Source: an uncultured Alphaproteobacteria bacterium (GTDB lineage Bacteria > Pseudomonadota > Alphaproteobacteria > Rs-D84). From it: a stretch of 45,705 nt of DNA. The stretch is taken from NCBI GenBank assembly GCA_947168075.1, contig CAMVKK010000002.1, positions 1 to 45,705 of the forward strand, written 5' to 3'. This document shows, piece after piece, positions 34,771 through 44,485 of this stretch; the stretch's first letter is position 1, and the number at the start of each line of letters is the position of its first letter. Under the pieces are notes generated by a model. It was given only the letters and a program-made list of their open reading frames with translations, had not been told where the DNA came from and searched no databases. The position numbers and the translations under genes were made by a program.

Positions 34771-35799
34771 TTAAAATTCTAACCTGATACCAGCCGAAAC
34801 AAATGGTGTTTTTGTTGTTAACCCAACTGAAATCCACCCGTCAACATATTCACTGTATTTATACCGGAATGATCCCAATACAGTGTGATCAACATAGTCG
34901 TCTATATCGTGTTGCCACACCCCAGTATCAGACAATAAATATGTCAAAGACACGCTGTATTTCAACAAATCATAACTGACCCCGGTGCCAATCGCAAAAC
35001 CGTCCGACACAATACCAACCGGATTTTTATCGTATATCACCCGCGAATTAATGCCGAAAATCCAACTGTTATACTGGACATTTACCGCCGCCGACAATTG
35101 CGCCCGCCAATCCGCGGTTACATGCGGCGCATACGCCATTGTATCCATATCGTCCGGCGACATTGTGAACGATGCCCCAAATGAATAAGCCGTTTTTGTT
35201 TTACCATTTGGACGGCGAATTTTAATTCCGCCATCAATCGCGTATTTATATCCGTCTGACAACCCAGATACCGACAAACCGTATTGCGCATCATTTATTT
35301 TTGCCGATACAACATTTAAACGCAACGATGTATCACAATTCGCCAATACAGTATCCGTTATAACCGGACCATGTGGTTTAATTTCTTTATAGAACAATGG
35401 ATGTTCATTTACCCGTAATCCACCGACATCGGGCAATCCCAATCCCAATTTTTCTGCAACACTTTCTGTTATACCAACCTCGACCCGACCATAGTCTTTG
35501 ACCTGGTACAGCGCAAATAAATCGTGCGCATAGTGCTTTTCATCAACACCATGGTCATTAATAGAATATACAAAACCTAATCTGTGAACATCGTTTATAT
35601 CGTATGTCATTTGCCCACGCACAGACCAATCGACAATTTCTGTGGCATTATTTAGCGCAAAGTTCGGCTCTATCAACCCCAGGTTTCCATACCCAGACAC
35701 GCGCGCCCGAAAACCACCATTTTCATATTCAATTGGTTCTGCGAACGCAGATGCAATTGTTGTGGCAAATAATGCAATAGCAAAAAAACTGGTTTTCAT
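34771..35799 (-). CDS. outer-membrane beta-barrel protein (porin-like)
   Basis: Signal peptide MKTSFFAIALFATTIASAFA|E, alternating aromatic/Gly beta-strand pattern, and a C-terminal ..GIRLEF. Confidence 0.7.
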   Translation of the reverse strand: MKTSFFAIALFATTIASAFAEPIEYENGGFRARVSGYGNLGLIEPNFALNNATEIVDWSVRGQMTYDINDVHRLGFVYSINDHGVDEKHYAHDLFALYQVKDYGRVEVGITESVAEKLGLGLPDVGGLRVNEHPLFYKEIKPHGPVITDTVLANCDTSLRLNVVSAKINDAQYGLSVSGLSDGYKYAIDGGIKIRRPNGKTKTAYSFGASFTMSPDDMDTMAYAPHVTADWRAQLSAAVNVQYNSWIFGINSRVIYDKNPVGIVSDGFAIGTGVSYDLLKYSVSLTYLLSDTGVWQHDIDDYVDHTVLGSFRYKYSEYVDGWISVGLTTKTPFVSAGIRLEF

Positions 35800-35802
35800 A
35801 TT

Positions 35803-36711
35803 TTATCCATTAGTCTCTTTCAAAATAGCATCACGCAATTTATTAAATGCCCGTTCTTCGATTTGGCGGACGCGTTCACGTGAAATATTGTATTTTTGTG
35901 CCAACGCTTCCAGCGTTAATGCAGGTTCGGTCAAACGACGGGCCTTTAATATCTCGCGGTCGCGTTCAGGCAACGCCGCCAGGTGTTTTTTTAATAAATC
36001 ATAACCCATACGGCGAATTTCCATTTTTTCAACTGTGTCGGCAATACTTTCGCGACCATCTGACATATTTGATAAAATATCCAACGAATCTTCGTCACCA
36101 CGCATCGGCGCATTAAGCGACACATCACGCGCCGAAACCCGTGTTGCCATGCGTTTAACATCACTTTCCGGCACAGAAAGGTATTCAGCAACCTGTTTAG
36201 TTTGTTCATCGGACATACTGTTGTCCATAATGCCCAGCGCACGTTTTGCCCGCGCCAGATTAAAGAACACGCGTTTCTGGTTCGCCGAAGTCCCGATTTT
36301 TACAATCGACCAATTATTAAGTATGGTTTCGTATATTTCCGCCTTGATCCAGAACATCGCGTATGTAGAAAAACGGAACCCTTTTTCCGGGTCAAATTTC
36401 TGTAAAGCCTGCATCAGTCCCATATTACCACTGGCAATCAATTCGCCCATTGGCACGCCATAATTTTTGAAATCATATGCCACCGACACGACCAGGCGCA
36501 GGTGGCTGGCCACCAATTTTTCGGCGGCGGCACTGTCCCCGCTTTGTGTCCATTTGGTTGCATATTCATATTCTTCTTCGGCGGACAGAACAGGGATTTT
36601 TTGTATTGTTTGGATATATTGCGCCAACCCGTTTTCATCACTGACCCCACGGGCGGCAATGATACTGGTATTTTGTGTTGCCGGTAATGTGTTCTTGATT
36701 TGCTTTTTCAT
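35803..36711 (-). CDS. rpoH: RNA polymerase sigma-32 (heat-shock sigma factor)
   Basis: Region 2 GNMGLMQALQKFDPEKGFRFSTYAMFWI, the RpoH box QKRVFFNLAR, and region 4 LTLEALAQKYNISRERVRQIE. Confidence 0.9.
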   Translation of the reverse strand: MKKQIKNTLPATQNTSIIAARGVSDENGLAQYIQTIQKIPVLSAEEEYEYATKWTQSGDSAAAEKLVASHLRLVVSVAYDFKNYGVPMGELIASGNMGLMQALQKFDPEKGFRFSTYAMFWIKAEIYETILNNWSIVKIGTSANQKRVFFNLARAKRALGIMDNSMSDEQTKQVAEYLSVPESDVKRMATRVSARDVSLNAPMRGDEDSLDILSNMSDGRESIADTVEKMEIRRMGYDLLKKHLAALPERDREILKARRLTEPALTLEALAQKYNISRERVRQIEERAFNKLRDAILKETNG

Positions 36712-36775
36712 AACTTTTATAGTATAGCAATAAAATAAGATTTATCAAGGGGCATAACGACACAGGAGATATCAG

Positions 36776-37438
36776 ATGGCCAATATGTTACAAAGAAATA
36801 AAAATCTAAAACCAAAAGAAAAGAAAACCCGCGAAGAGTATGCCCAAGATGCCCTTTATCGCGAGGTTTGGGAAGAAGTCAACAACGACAAAACAACCGA
36901 ATTTATTAAAAAATATTATCGTCAAATGGTGGCGGCGGCGCTGGTCATCATGATTGCGGTTACCGGGGTCCAGATTGGTATTCGCGAATATCGTGCGCGT
37001 CAAATTGCCCGTGCAATAAATTATGAAACGGCGGTGGAAAATGTCGATGCGACGGCACTTGCGGCGATTGGTGAAAACACATCGGGTGCAACCGCTGATT
37101 TGGCACTGTTCCAATCATACCTGCTGACCAACGATGTCGCAAAAATTGAAAAGTTAGCAAACGATGGCGACACACGTGATTTTCGTGATTTGGCGCGGTT
37201 GCATGTGGTTGGAATTCGTGGCGATGAAATGAGTGCCGCAGATGTTGAAAAATACCTTATGCCACTTAATACAAAATCATCACCGTTTTATTATACTGCG
37301 TGTTTAACCATTGCACAAAAGTATTTGTCGGTGGGCGATAGGGACACGGCGAATAAATGGTTGGATAAAATCATTAACGATAAAAATGCGCCCGCATCTA
37401 TCACCGGTACGGCGCAAATGTTAAGGGCGGGGAAATAA
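36776..37438 (+). CDS. YfgM-like membrane-anchored TPR-like protein
   Basis: A charged N-terminus, a single TM (MVAAALVIMIAVTGVQI), a helical periplasmic domain, and a position directly upstream of a BamB-like gene as in yfgM-bamB. Confidence 0.5.
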   Translation: MANMLQRNKNLKPKEKKTREEYAQDALYREVWEEVNNDKTTEFIKKYYRQMVAAALVIMIAVTGVQIGIREYRARQIARAINYETAVENVDATALAAIGENTSGATADLALFQSYLLTNDVAKIEKLANDGDTRDFRDLARLHVVGIRGDEMSAADVEKYLMPLNTKSSPFYYTACLTIAQKYLSVGDRDTANKWLDKIINDKNAPASITGTAQMLRAGK

Positions 37439-37443
37439 ATCCT

Positions 37444-38175
37444 ATGCGTAATAATGCTGTTTTTTGCGTGTTAATTTGTTTGGCTGCGCTTTCGGCGTGT
37501 GATAAGCACGACCCGATATTGCCTGGTAAACGCACATCGATTTTTGATACGACAACGGTTAAAATGACAGATGAAAAAATCGCATCTTTACCGGACGCGG
37601 CATTTGAAATGGAAAAAACAGATTGCCCGTATACCCAAGATTCGTCCAACACAATATGGGACGGCGACCGTAAAATATTTTCCGGATTTCCAACCAGCAA
37701 TTCTGTTAAAAACGATGCCAAACCTGTATGCAGTGGCAAATACCTTTATGCGGGATTAACGACCGGCGAATTGATAAAGATAAATACATCAAATCGTCAA
37801 ATAGTATGGGTCGCGGACATTTACCGCCCCAGCAATATGACCGGTGGTGCATCGGTGGTTGATATTGTGTCGCCAATTGTGATTCGTGGTGCAAATATCT
37901 ATGTCGGCGGACTGGGTGATGCATTTTGCAAAATAAACGCTGCATCGGGCACAAAAAAGTGGTGTGTGGCACTTAGTACGTCCGAACCATTTGTTATTGC
38001 CGGTGATGTAATTTTCGTTGTTGGCACGGATAATAAATTATATGCCATACGTGACAATGATGGCGCGGCATATTGGACGGCGGAAATACGGAAGCAATCG
38101 ACCCCGAAATATGAAAATGAAATTATCACCGTTGGCCGGGAAAACTTTGACGCATTAACGGGCGAAAAGAAATAA
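37444..38175 (+). CDS. PQQ-like beta-propeller lipoprotein, BamB-like (short, 243 aa)
   Basis: Lipobox LSA|C. Repeated ..G.lyA.d...G...W propeller-blade motifs (KLYAIRDNDGAAYWT; KINAASGTKKWC). Confidence 0.55.
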   Translation: MRNNAVFCVLICLAALSACDKHDPILPGKRTSIFDTTTVKMTDEKIASLPDAAFEMEKTDCPYTQDSSNTIWDGDRKIFSGFPTSNSVKNDAKPVCSGKYLYAGLTTGELIKINTSNRQIVWVADIYRPSNMTGGASVVDIVSPIVIRGANIYVGGLGDAFCKINAASGTKKWCVALSTSEPFVIAGDVIFVVGTDNKLYAIRDNDGAAYWTAEIRKQSTPKYENEIITVGRENFDALTGEKK

Positions 38176-38179
38176 AAAA

Positions 38180-38199
38180 ACACCGGCAAATGCCGGTGT
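38180..38199. terminator. bidirectional terminator hairpin (CCGGC-AAAT-GCCGG family)
   Basis: ACACCGGC-AAAT-GCCGGTGT flanked by A7 and T5. Confidence 0.65.
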
Positions 38200-38201
38200 T
38201 T

Positions 38202-39419
38202 TTATTCGTATCTTAAACTGTCAATCGGGTTTAATTTGGCGGCCTTTAATGCCGGCACAACACCGGACGCCAGTCCCACCACCACCGCAACAGTTACAGA
38301 CAAAATTACCGGCCACAGCGAAAACGGAACATTATATCCCAATATAAATCGCCCCACCCCCTGGGACAATCCAACACCTAAAACCAACCCGGCCATTGAA
38401 CCAATAAATGATATCAAAATGGATTCAGACAAGAATTGAATAATAATCTGTTTTTCGCGCGCACCAATCGCCTTTCGTATACCGATTTCACGTGTGCGTT
38501 CCGCGACCGACACCAACATCATGTTCATAATACCAATTGCACCAACCAATAACGACACCGCCGCAATCGCGATTAGCAATAATTTCAAATACCCGGTCAC
38601 GGTCGTCATTGTTTCCATAATCTGTTTCATATCCATAATTTGAAAATCATCTTCGACCCCGTCTTTCAAATTATGCCGTTCACGCAATATTTCTGTAATT
38701 TGCTCTATCACCATATTATTATCGGCATCCGGATATAATTTTAGTGTAATCATCTGAACCGAATTTGGAAAACGGCTGCCCTGGATTCTTTTTTTAAGTG
38801 TCGATATCGGTATAAGCAGCATATCATCCAACGATCCCATTGCGGAATCGCCCTTGGCCTTGGTTACACCAATAATAGTCAACGGGGTATTTTGCACACG
38901 AATAGTCTGACCAACCGGGTTTTTAGGCATTCCTAATTCTTCGGCTGTTTCTGGTCCGATTACAGCATAGGTTGCCGCATTACGCACGGCGGCAAAGTTA
39001 AAAAATGTACCATATTCAACCTCTATATTCTGAACATCTGTATATCCCGGGTAAACCCCCATCATTGATGTGGATAAATTTTTATTTCCATACACAACCT
39101 GGGCACCACTGGTTTGAACCGGGCTTATCGCCGCGACATCGGGCAATTGCGCAATATATTCTGCATCCTGAATAGTCAATGTTTGCATATTCCCCGTACG
39201 CACGCCACCCATACGCGCAACACCGGCACGAATCATAATGGTATTCGTTCCCAAGGAAGAAAATTGGTCGGTAATCGACTTTTCCACCGTTTCACCGACC
39301 GCAACCATTATCACAACCGCCATAACACCAATAACAATACCCAACACCGTCAGAAACGAACGAATTTTGTTTCCGCTGATTGACAGCCACGATTCTTTTA
39401 AAATGTCGTTAAAGGTCAT
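38202..39419 (-). CDS. macB: MacB/FtsX-type ABC efflux permease
   Basis: N-terminus ..SISGNKIRSFLTVLGIVIGV.., a large periplasmic domain, and a C-terminal FtsX 3-TM bundle. 405 aa. Confidence 0.85.
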   Translation of the reverse strand: MTFNDILKESWLSISGNKIRSFLTVLGIVIGVMAVVIMVAVGETVEKSITDQFSSLGTNTIMIRAGVARMGGVRTGNMQTLTIQDAEYIAQLPDVAAISPVQTSGAQVVYGNKNLSTSMMGVYPGYTDVQNIEVEYGTFFNFAAVRNAATYAVIGPETAEELGMPKNPVGQTIRVQNTPLTIIGVTKAKGDSAMGSLDDMLLIPISTLKKRIQGSRFPNSVQMITLKLYPDADNNMVIEQITEILRERHNLKDGVEDDFQIMDMKQIMETMTTVTGYLKLLLIAIAAVSLLVGAIGIMNMMLVSVAERTREIGIRKAIGAREKQIIIQFLSESILISFIGSMAGLVLGVGLSQGVGRFILGYNVPFSLWPVILSVTVAVVVGLASGVVPALKAAKLNPIDSLRYE

Positions 39420-40165
39420 TTTGCATGCACCTTTTGTTCGGATTTGGTCAAAACAGTTTCTGATTTCGGCACCGGTCCATCATACGCAATATGGCCATCA
39501 TAAATATGAATAATACGGTTTGCATAACTGGCAATATCAAATTCGTGAGTAATCATAACAATCGTAATTCCCAAATCCTTGTTCAATTTATTAAAGAATT
39601 TTAATATCTCGTTACCCATTTTGGAATCCAACGCCCCCGTCGGTTCGTCCGCCAAAATTAATTTAGGGTCACCCGCCAATGCACGCGCGATTGCCACGCG
39701 CTGTTTCATTCCGCCCGACAATTGCGTTGGTAAGTATGTTTCAAACTTTTCCAACCCAACTAATTTTAGCATTTCACGTGCACGACGAATACGGTCATCC
39801 ATAACCAGACCGCGATACATTAACGGCAACATTACGTTGTCCAACACACTGCGTTTAGGCAATAAATTAAAATTCTGAAAAACGAATCCGATAAATTCAT
39901 TACGAACACGCGCCAATTCGTCTGCATTCATTGTCGTAATATCACGACCGTACAATTCATACACACCTGATGTTGCAGAATCCAGCGCACCAATTATATT
40001 CATGCATGTTGACTTACCAGAACCCGATGGTCCCATAATTGCAACAAATTCACCGGCATCAATACTGATATCTATATCAAATAAAACCTGCTGAACACCC
40101 CCTATTTCCAGTGGGAAACTTTTACAGATTTTTTTCATCAAAATAACATTTTCAGTTTTTTTCAT
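39416..40165 (-). CDS. MacB-type ABC transporter ATP-binding protein
   Basis: Walker A GPSGSGKST, signature LSGGMKQR, Walker B LILADEPTGALD. Overlaps the permease start. Confidence 0.9.
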   Translation of the reverse strand: MKKTENVILMKKICKSFPLEIGGVQQVLFDIDISIDAGEFVAIMGPSGSGKSTCMNIIGALDSATSGVYELYGRDITTMNADELARVRNEFIGFVFQNFNLLPKRSVLDNVMLPLMYRGLVMDDRIRRAREMLKLVGLEKFETYLPTQLSGGMKQRVAIARALAGDPKLILADEPTGALDSKMGNEILKFFNKLNKDLGITIVMITHEFDIASYANRIIHIYDGHIAYDGPVPKSETVLTKSEQKVHAK

Positions 40166-40175
40166 AGCCTAATCT

Positions 40176-41405
40176 TTACATTGGTGGACGCCCGCCGCCC
40201 GATCCAGGCGCCCCACCCGGTCGACCATTACCACCCGATTTCTTGGCGGATGCGCCAAATTTGCCGACAACTACTTTATCACCTTCGGCGATATTGTCCG
40301 ATACAATTTCTGTTTCGGTGGCACCAACTAACCCCTTGGTATATTCAACAAATGTTATTTTTCCATCACGCATTATTGCCAAATGGGTCGCTGGGGTTGC
40401 GCCATTTGTTTCAACCCCAAAATTATCAAAATTACGCACCAAAAATGCGGAGTTTTGAACCTTGAAAGTATTGAACCGTTCGTCAACAATAATCGTTACA
40501 AACGCGGTCATCCCCGGCATCAAAGATAAATCACTGTTATCCACCTCTATTACAACGGTATAAACGACAACATTTGATGTTGTTGTCGGCGAAAGGCGAA
40601 TTTGATGCACGCGCCCTTCGAAAGTCTTGGTTGGATACGCATCAACGGTAAATGTAACGCGTTGACCTTCTTTGACAACTCCAATATCCGCTTCGGACAC
40701 AGATGTTTCAATTTGCATTTTTGATAAGTCTTCGGCAATTTCGAAAAGGTCGGGTGTTTGGAACGATGCCGCAACGGTTTGCCCGACATCAACCTTGCGC
40801 GAAATAACGGTGCCGTCAACTGGCGAAGAAATCGTTGCATATCCCAAATTAGTTTTTGCGCGTTCATATTGCGATTGCATACGAACAACTTCCTGTTCGG
40901 CTTGTTCATATGTGGTTTGCGATTGTTCTTTTTCTGCGCGGGAAATAAAGTCAGACGCATACAACATTTTGTTACGTTCATATTCACTTTTTGCATAGTT
41001 GCGTTTTGATTTAGCACTGCTAAGGGCGGCTTCGGCTTCGCGCACCTGGGCCTCTAACACAGACGGTTCAATAGTCAATAAAATATCGCCCTTTTTAACC
41101 TTGGAATTATAGTCCACATATATCGCATCAATTGTACCAGACACCTGCGAGCCAACATTAACGGTATTTACGGGCTGAATTTCACCGGTTGCGCTTACAA
41201 TCTGGCGCATATCGCCACGAATAATTTCAACGGTTGAATATTCCTGTTTGGCTGCCTTTTTAGCCCCACCCCAAATCAAGTGTGCACCAACCGCAGCGAT
41301 TACAATTATTATTATCCACCACTTTTTGCGCCAAATCCACGACCATACACGCCGAATTAATGACGGGCGTTTTACAGCATTTACCACAGGTTCTGTTTGT
41401 GCCAT
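40176..41405 (-). CDS. macA: MacA/HlyD-family periplasmic adaptor
   Basis: N-terminal TM, lipoyl/barrel motifs (VSGTIDAIYVDYNSKVKKGDILLTIEP), a coiled-coil hairpin, and a Gly/Pro-rich tail. Confidence 0.85.
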   Translation of the reverse strand: MAQTEPVVNAVKRPSLIRRVWSWIWRKKWWIIIIVIAAVGAHLIWGGAKKAAKQEYSTVEIIRGDMRQIVSATGEIQPVNTVNVGSQVSGTIDAIYVDYNSKVKKGDILLTIEPSVLEAQVREAEAALSSAKSKRNYAKSEYERNKMLYASDFISRAEKEQSQTTYEQAEQEVVRMQSQYERAKTNLGYATISSPVDGTVISRKVDVGQTVAASFQTPDLFEIAEDLSKMQIETSVSEADIGVVKEGQRVTFTVDAYPTKTFEGRVHQIRLSPTTTSNVVVYTVVIEVDNSDLSLMPGMTAFVTIIVDERFNTFKVQNSAFLVRNFDNFGVETNGATPATHLAIMRDGKITFVEYTKGLVGATETEIVSDNIAEGDKVVVGKFGASAKKSGGNGRPGGAPGSGGGRPPM

Positions 41406-42730
41406 TATTTATTTCCTTTGTTTTCTAATTCAACCTTGATATCACCGATGGCCAGCGCAACCGCCGCACGTTTGATATACAAATCATATTTTGCCGCATT
41501 ATTTTGCTTTTGCGCGTCCAGTAATTCCGATTGCGAAGTTTGCCAATCAAGCATTGTTGCGCGCCCTACTTTATACATACCGCTTGTCACCCGCTCGGAT
41601 TCAGTCGCAGATTTCAACAAAGTTTCCGTCTGGGTCAAAACCGTGCGCGCAGTTTTATAATTTTGATATGCGGTATAAACGTCCAACATAGCCGCATTTG
41701 ACGTGTTGCGTTCCTGCTCTTTTGCACTCTCGTAACTTGCGGTTGCCGAACGTACACCATACAAATTTGCAAAACCTGCGAATATAGGCATAGATGCCCG
41801 AATTCCAATTGAACCACTTATTTGTTGCGAATCGGGGGTAAACACCCCGGACAAATGGTCATCGTTCCACCCCAATTGCCCCGTCAAAGATACAGATGGT
41901 AAATTTTTCAAAAATGCCGAATTACGCCGATTCCACGCGGCATCTTTTTTCGCATTTGCGCGCAGTAAATCAGGGCGTTGTTTTTGTGCAACCGCAATCA
42001 AATCGTCAATGCTTTTCATATCGGTATCACTGCCGTATGTTGATTCCATATCGGCAATAGTGATTTCCTGGTCTGCGGGGAAAGACAGTTGAGTTAACAA
42101 TTTTCCCCGTGCTATTTCACGATTATTTTTTGCACGTTCCAAATCCAAATCACGACTGGCCAATGTGGTTTCCGCCTTTAACACATCGGCGCGTGCAACA
42201 GCACCAGCGGAATATTTTTTCTTGGCCGTATCATGTGCTGTTTGCGCCACATCACGCGCAGATGTCGCACTTTTCACATCAGCATCCGCATTCAATAAAC
42301 CATAGTATGCACCAATTACGCCATATACATAATTTTGCACCGTTTCGTCATAATCAAATCCTGTTGCGCGATATGTTGCAATTGTCGCCGCCATATCGGA
42401 CGAACGTTTTCCGAAATCAAACAATAAATACGATGCAGAAAGTGATGCACCATAACCCCAATTATCCCAATTTTTGTTGTAGTAATCCCGACCGGCACTG
42501 GCATTCAAATTAACAGACGGCAAATAGGCAGAATATGCCGCGTTTTTATCAAAATGTGCCGCCCGCAATGATGCGTATGCAGCGGCGGTCTGGGGGTTCC
42601 GGCACAGTCCCATATCGACAACTTCGGATATAGTCAGCACCCGTTCCGGCACATTTCTCATATTCGCACAGTCATCAGCCGCATATGCGACAGCGGGTAA
42701 AAATCCTAATAAAATCAAAATGTTTTTCAT
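41405..42730 (-). CDS. tolC: TolC-family outer-membrane efflux channel
   Basis: ORF track runs to 42748. ATG 42730 gives the signal peptide MKNILILLGFLPAVAYA|A and has a GAGAGAG SD. Two-repeat TolC architecture, and first gene of the mac operon. Confidence 0.85.
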   Translation of the reverse strand: MKNILILLGFLPAVAYAADDCANMRNVPERVLTISEVVDMGLCRNPQTAAAYASLRAAHFDKNAAYSAYLPSVNLNASAGRDYYNKNWDNWGYGASLSASYLLFDFGKRSSDMAATIATYRATGFDYDETVQNYVYGVIGAYYGLLNADADVKSATSARDVAQTAHDTAKKKYSAGAVARADVLKAETTLASRDLDLERAKNNREIARGKLLTQLSFPADQEITIADMESTYGSDTDMKSIDDLIAVAQKQRPDLLRANAKKDAAWNRRNSAFLKNLPSVSLTGQLGWNDDHLSGVFTPDSQQISGSIGIRASMPIFAGFANLYGVRSATASYESAKEQERNTSNAAMLDVYTAYQNYKTARTVLTQTETLLKSATESERVTSGMYKVGRATMLDWQTSQSELLDAQKQNNAAKYDLYIKRAAVALAIGDIKVELENKGNK

Positions 42731-42823
42731 AAAATCTCTCTCACACAAGGTCTATGGAAATACAATAGCAATTTTTATGTTGAATTACAATATTTTTTTG
42801 TCTAGGATTGGAACACAATTAAA

Positions 42824-42897
42824 GGCCAGGTGGCAGAGTGGTTATGCAGAGGACTGCAAATCCTTGTATGCCGGTTCGATTCCGACCCTGGCCTCCA
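42824..42897 (+). tRNA. tRNA-Cys (anticodon GCA)
   Basis: Acceptor GGCCAGG/CCTGGCC, anticodon loop CTGCAAA, T loop TTCGATT, discriminator U73 (the Cys identity base), encoded CCA. There is one mismatch in the T stem. Confidence 0.85.
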
Positions 42898-42905
42898 TCT
42901 TTATC

Positions 42906-43982
42906 ATGATTGAAACGCTTGTGCTTACCGATTTTCGTAATCATACTATGTGTCGGATTAAAACCCACGGTCGGCACAATGTAATTATTACCGGCCCGAA
43001 CGGTGCTGGAAAAACAGCAATTTTGGAATCTTTGTCTATTTTATCTGGCGATCGTGGCATGCGTGGCGCACAAATGTCGGACATTGCGCGTTTTAATGGC
43101 AATGGTGGTTTTTCTGTGTTTGCAACATTATCCGATGATACAGAATTGACGGTATCATTTGATTCTGGTGACACAAACCGCCATGCGAAAATAGACGGCG
43201 ATAATGCACCATTGGCTGAATTGGCGTCCATGTTACCCATGGTATGGATTACCTCCCGCGAAGACAGATTGTTTGTCGATTCCGCCGCCGACCGGCGTGC
43301 ATTTTTTGACCGATTGGTATCCAGTTTTGATTCCACCCATGTCGGACGTGTTGCACGTTTTTCTAAATTATTATCTGAACGCGCATTTGCATTAAAATCA
43401 GGGCGCGATATGCGTTTGGTTGATGTACTGGATGACCAAATTGCCGCAGTGGCAACCGCAATTGCCGATGCACGTATAAAATATGCCGGTGAATTAAATT
43501 ATTTTCTGAATAATTGTGCGGTATCTGTGTCCGGCATGTTGGAACAAATGCTAATAGACGGTCGCACAGCCGGTGATGTGGAACGTTCATATCGCGAATA
43601 CCTGGCGCATACACGCGAAATTGTTGCCGACAAAATGGTAATTGATGGCGTGCACAAATCGGACTTTGGCGTGTTTAATAAAAAACTCGCCCTGCCCGCG
43701 CATTTGACCAGTACGGGTCAACAAAAAACCGTATTAATGGAATTAATATTGGCACATGCAAAACTTTTACACACACGCACAAATCGTCATCCGTTTATTT
43801 TATTGGACGAAGCGGCGGCACATTTGGACACAGATGCGCGCAAAAAACTGTTCACGGAATTAGGTGAATCTGATGCCCAGGTTTGGGCAACTGGACTGGA
43901 CATTGATATTTTTCGCGATGTGCCAAACGCTGTATTTGTTTCTTGCATGGATGGCGAAATAAGTAATATACTGATTTCGTAA
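42906..43982 (+). CDS. recF: DNA replication/repair protein RecF
   Basis: ORF track starts at 42720 and overlaps the tRNA. The real start is ATG 42906 (MIETLVLTDFRNH). Walker A GPNGAGKTAILESL, signature STGQQKTV, Walker B FILLDE. Confidence 0.9.
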   Translation: MIETLVLTDFRNHTMCRIKTHGRHNVIITGPNGAGKTAILESLSILSGDRGMRGAQMSDIARFNGNGGFSVFATLSDDTELTVSFDSGDTNRHAKIDGDNAPLAELASMLPMVWITSREDRLFVDSAADRRAFFDRLVSSFDSTHVGRVARFSKLLSERAFALKSGRDMRLVDVLDDQIAAVATAIADARIKYAGELNYFLNNCAVSVSGMLEQMLIDGRTAGDVERSYREYLAHTREIVADKMVIDGVHKSDFGVFNKKLALPAHLTSTGQQKTVLMELILAHAKLLHTRTNRHPFILLDEAAAHLDTDARKKLFTELGESDAQVWATGLDIDIFRDVPNAVFVSCMDGEISNILIS

Positions 43983-44461
43983 TGGATATGAAAATGGGTA
44001 AAATAAATTATCAAGAATTATTGGACAACGCACTTAAATCAGTTGTAAAAGAGGCATTAATTTATGCCCAGGTAAACGGCCTGGGGGACGGGACACACTT
44101 TTTCATCACATTTAAAACACGCGATCCGGGGGTTGTTTTGCCGGATTTCTTGCGCATGCGGTACCCGGATATAATGACGATTGTATTGCAGTATTCATAC
44201 AATAACCTGAACGTGTCCGACCGGGAATTTGGCGTGCAATTAACATTTGACGGACGGCCGTTTTTCATTCGCGTGCCGTTTTCCGCACTGGTGGAATTCA
44301 AGGATCCATCGACCGATTTCATTTTATCATTTCATCCAAAATCACCTTCCAACGCACCCGACAACGACATGGAATTGCCGTTGGATGAAAAACCCGGTAC
44401 AGTCCCCGACGATAAACGCATTGTATCCCTGGACGAATTTAGACGCAAAAAGAACCAATAA
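43982..44461 (+). CDS. sspB: ClpXP adaptor SspB, alphaproteobacterial type
   Basis: HFFITFKTRDPGVVLPDFLRMRYPDIMTIVLQ..FGVQLTFDGRPFFIRVPFSALVEFKDPS matches the SspB-alpha core as I remember it. The C-terminal IVSLDEFRRKK resembles a ClpX-binding tail. The start overlaps the recF stop (TAATG). Confidence 0.8.
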   Translation: MDMKMGKINYQELLDNALKSVVKEALIYAQVNGLGDGTHFFITFKTRDPGVVLPDFLRMRYPDIMTIVLQYSYNNLNVSDREFGVQLTFDGRPFFIRVPFSALVEFKDPSTDFILSFHPKSPSNAPDNDMELPLDEKPGTVPDDKRIVSLDEFRRKKNQ

Positions 44462-44463
44462 AA

Positions 44464-44483
44464 ACACCGGCAAATGCCGGTAT
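44464..44483. terminator. bidirectional terminator hairpin (CCGGC-AAAT-GCCGG family)
   Basis: ACACCGGC-AAAT-GCCGGTAT followed by T-runs, between convergent genes. Confidence 0.6.
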
Positions 44484-44485
44484 TT

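Noticed and set aside
42720-42905. N-terminal 62 codons of the 420-aa recF ORF.
   Set aside because: This stretch runs straight through tRNA-Cys (42824-42897). The conserved RecF N-terminus (MIETLVLTDFRNH) begins at ATG 42906.
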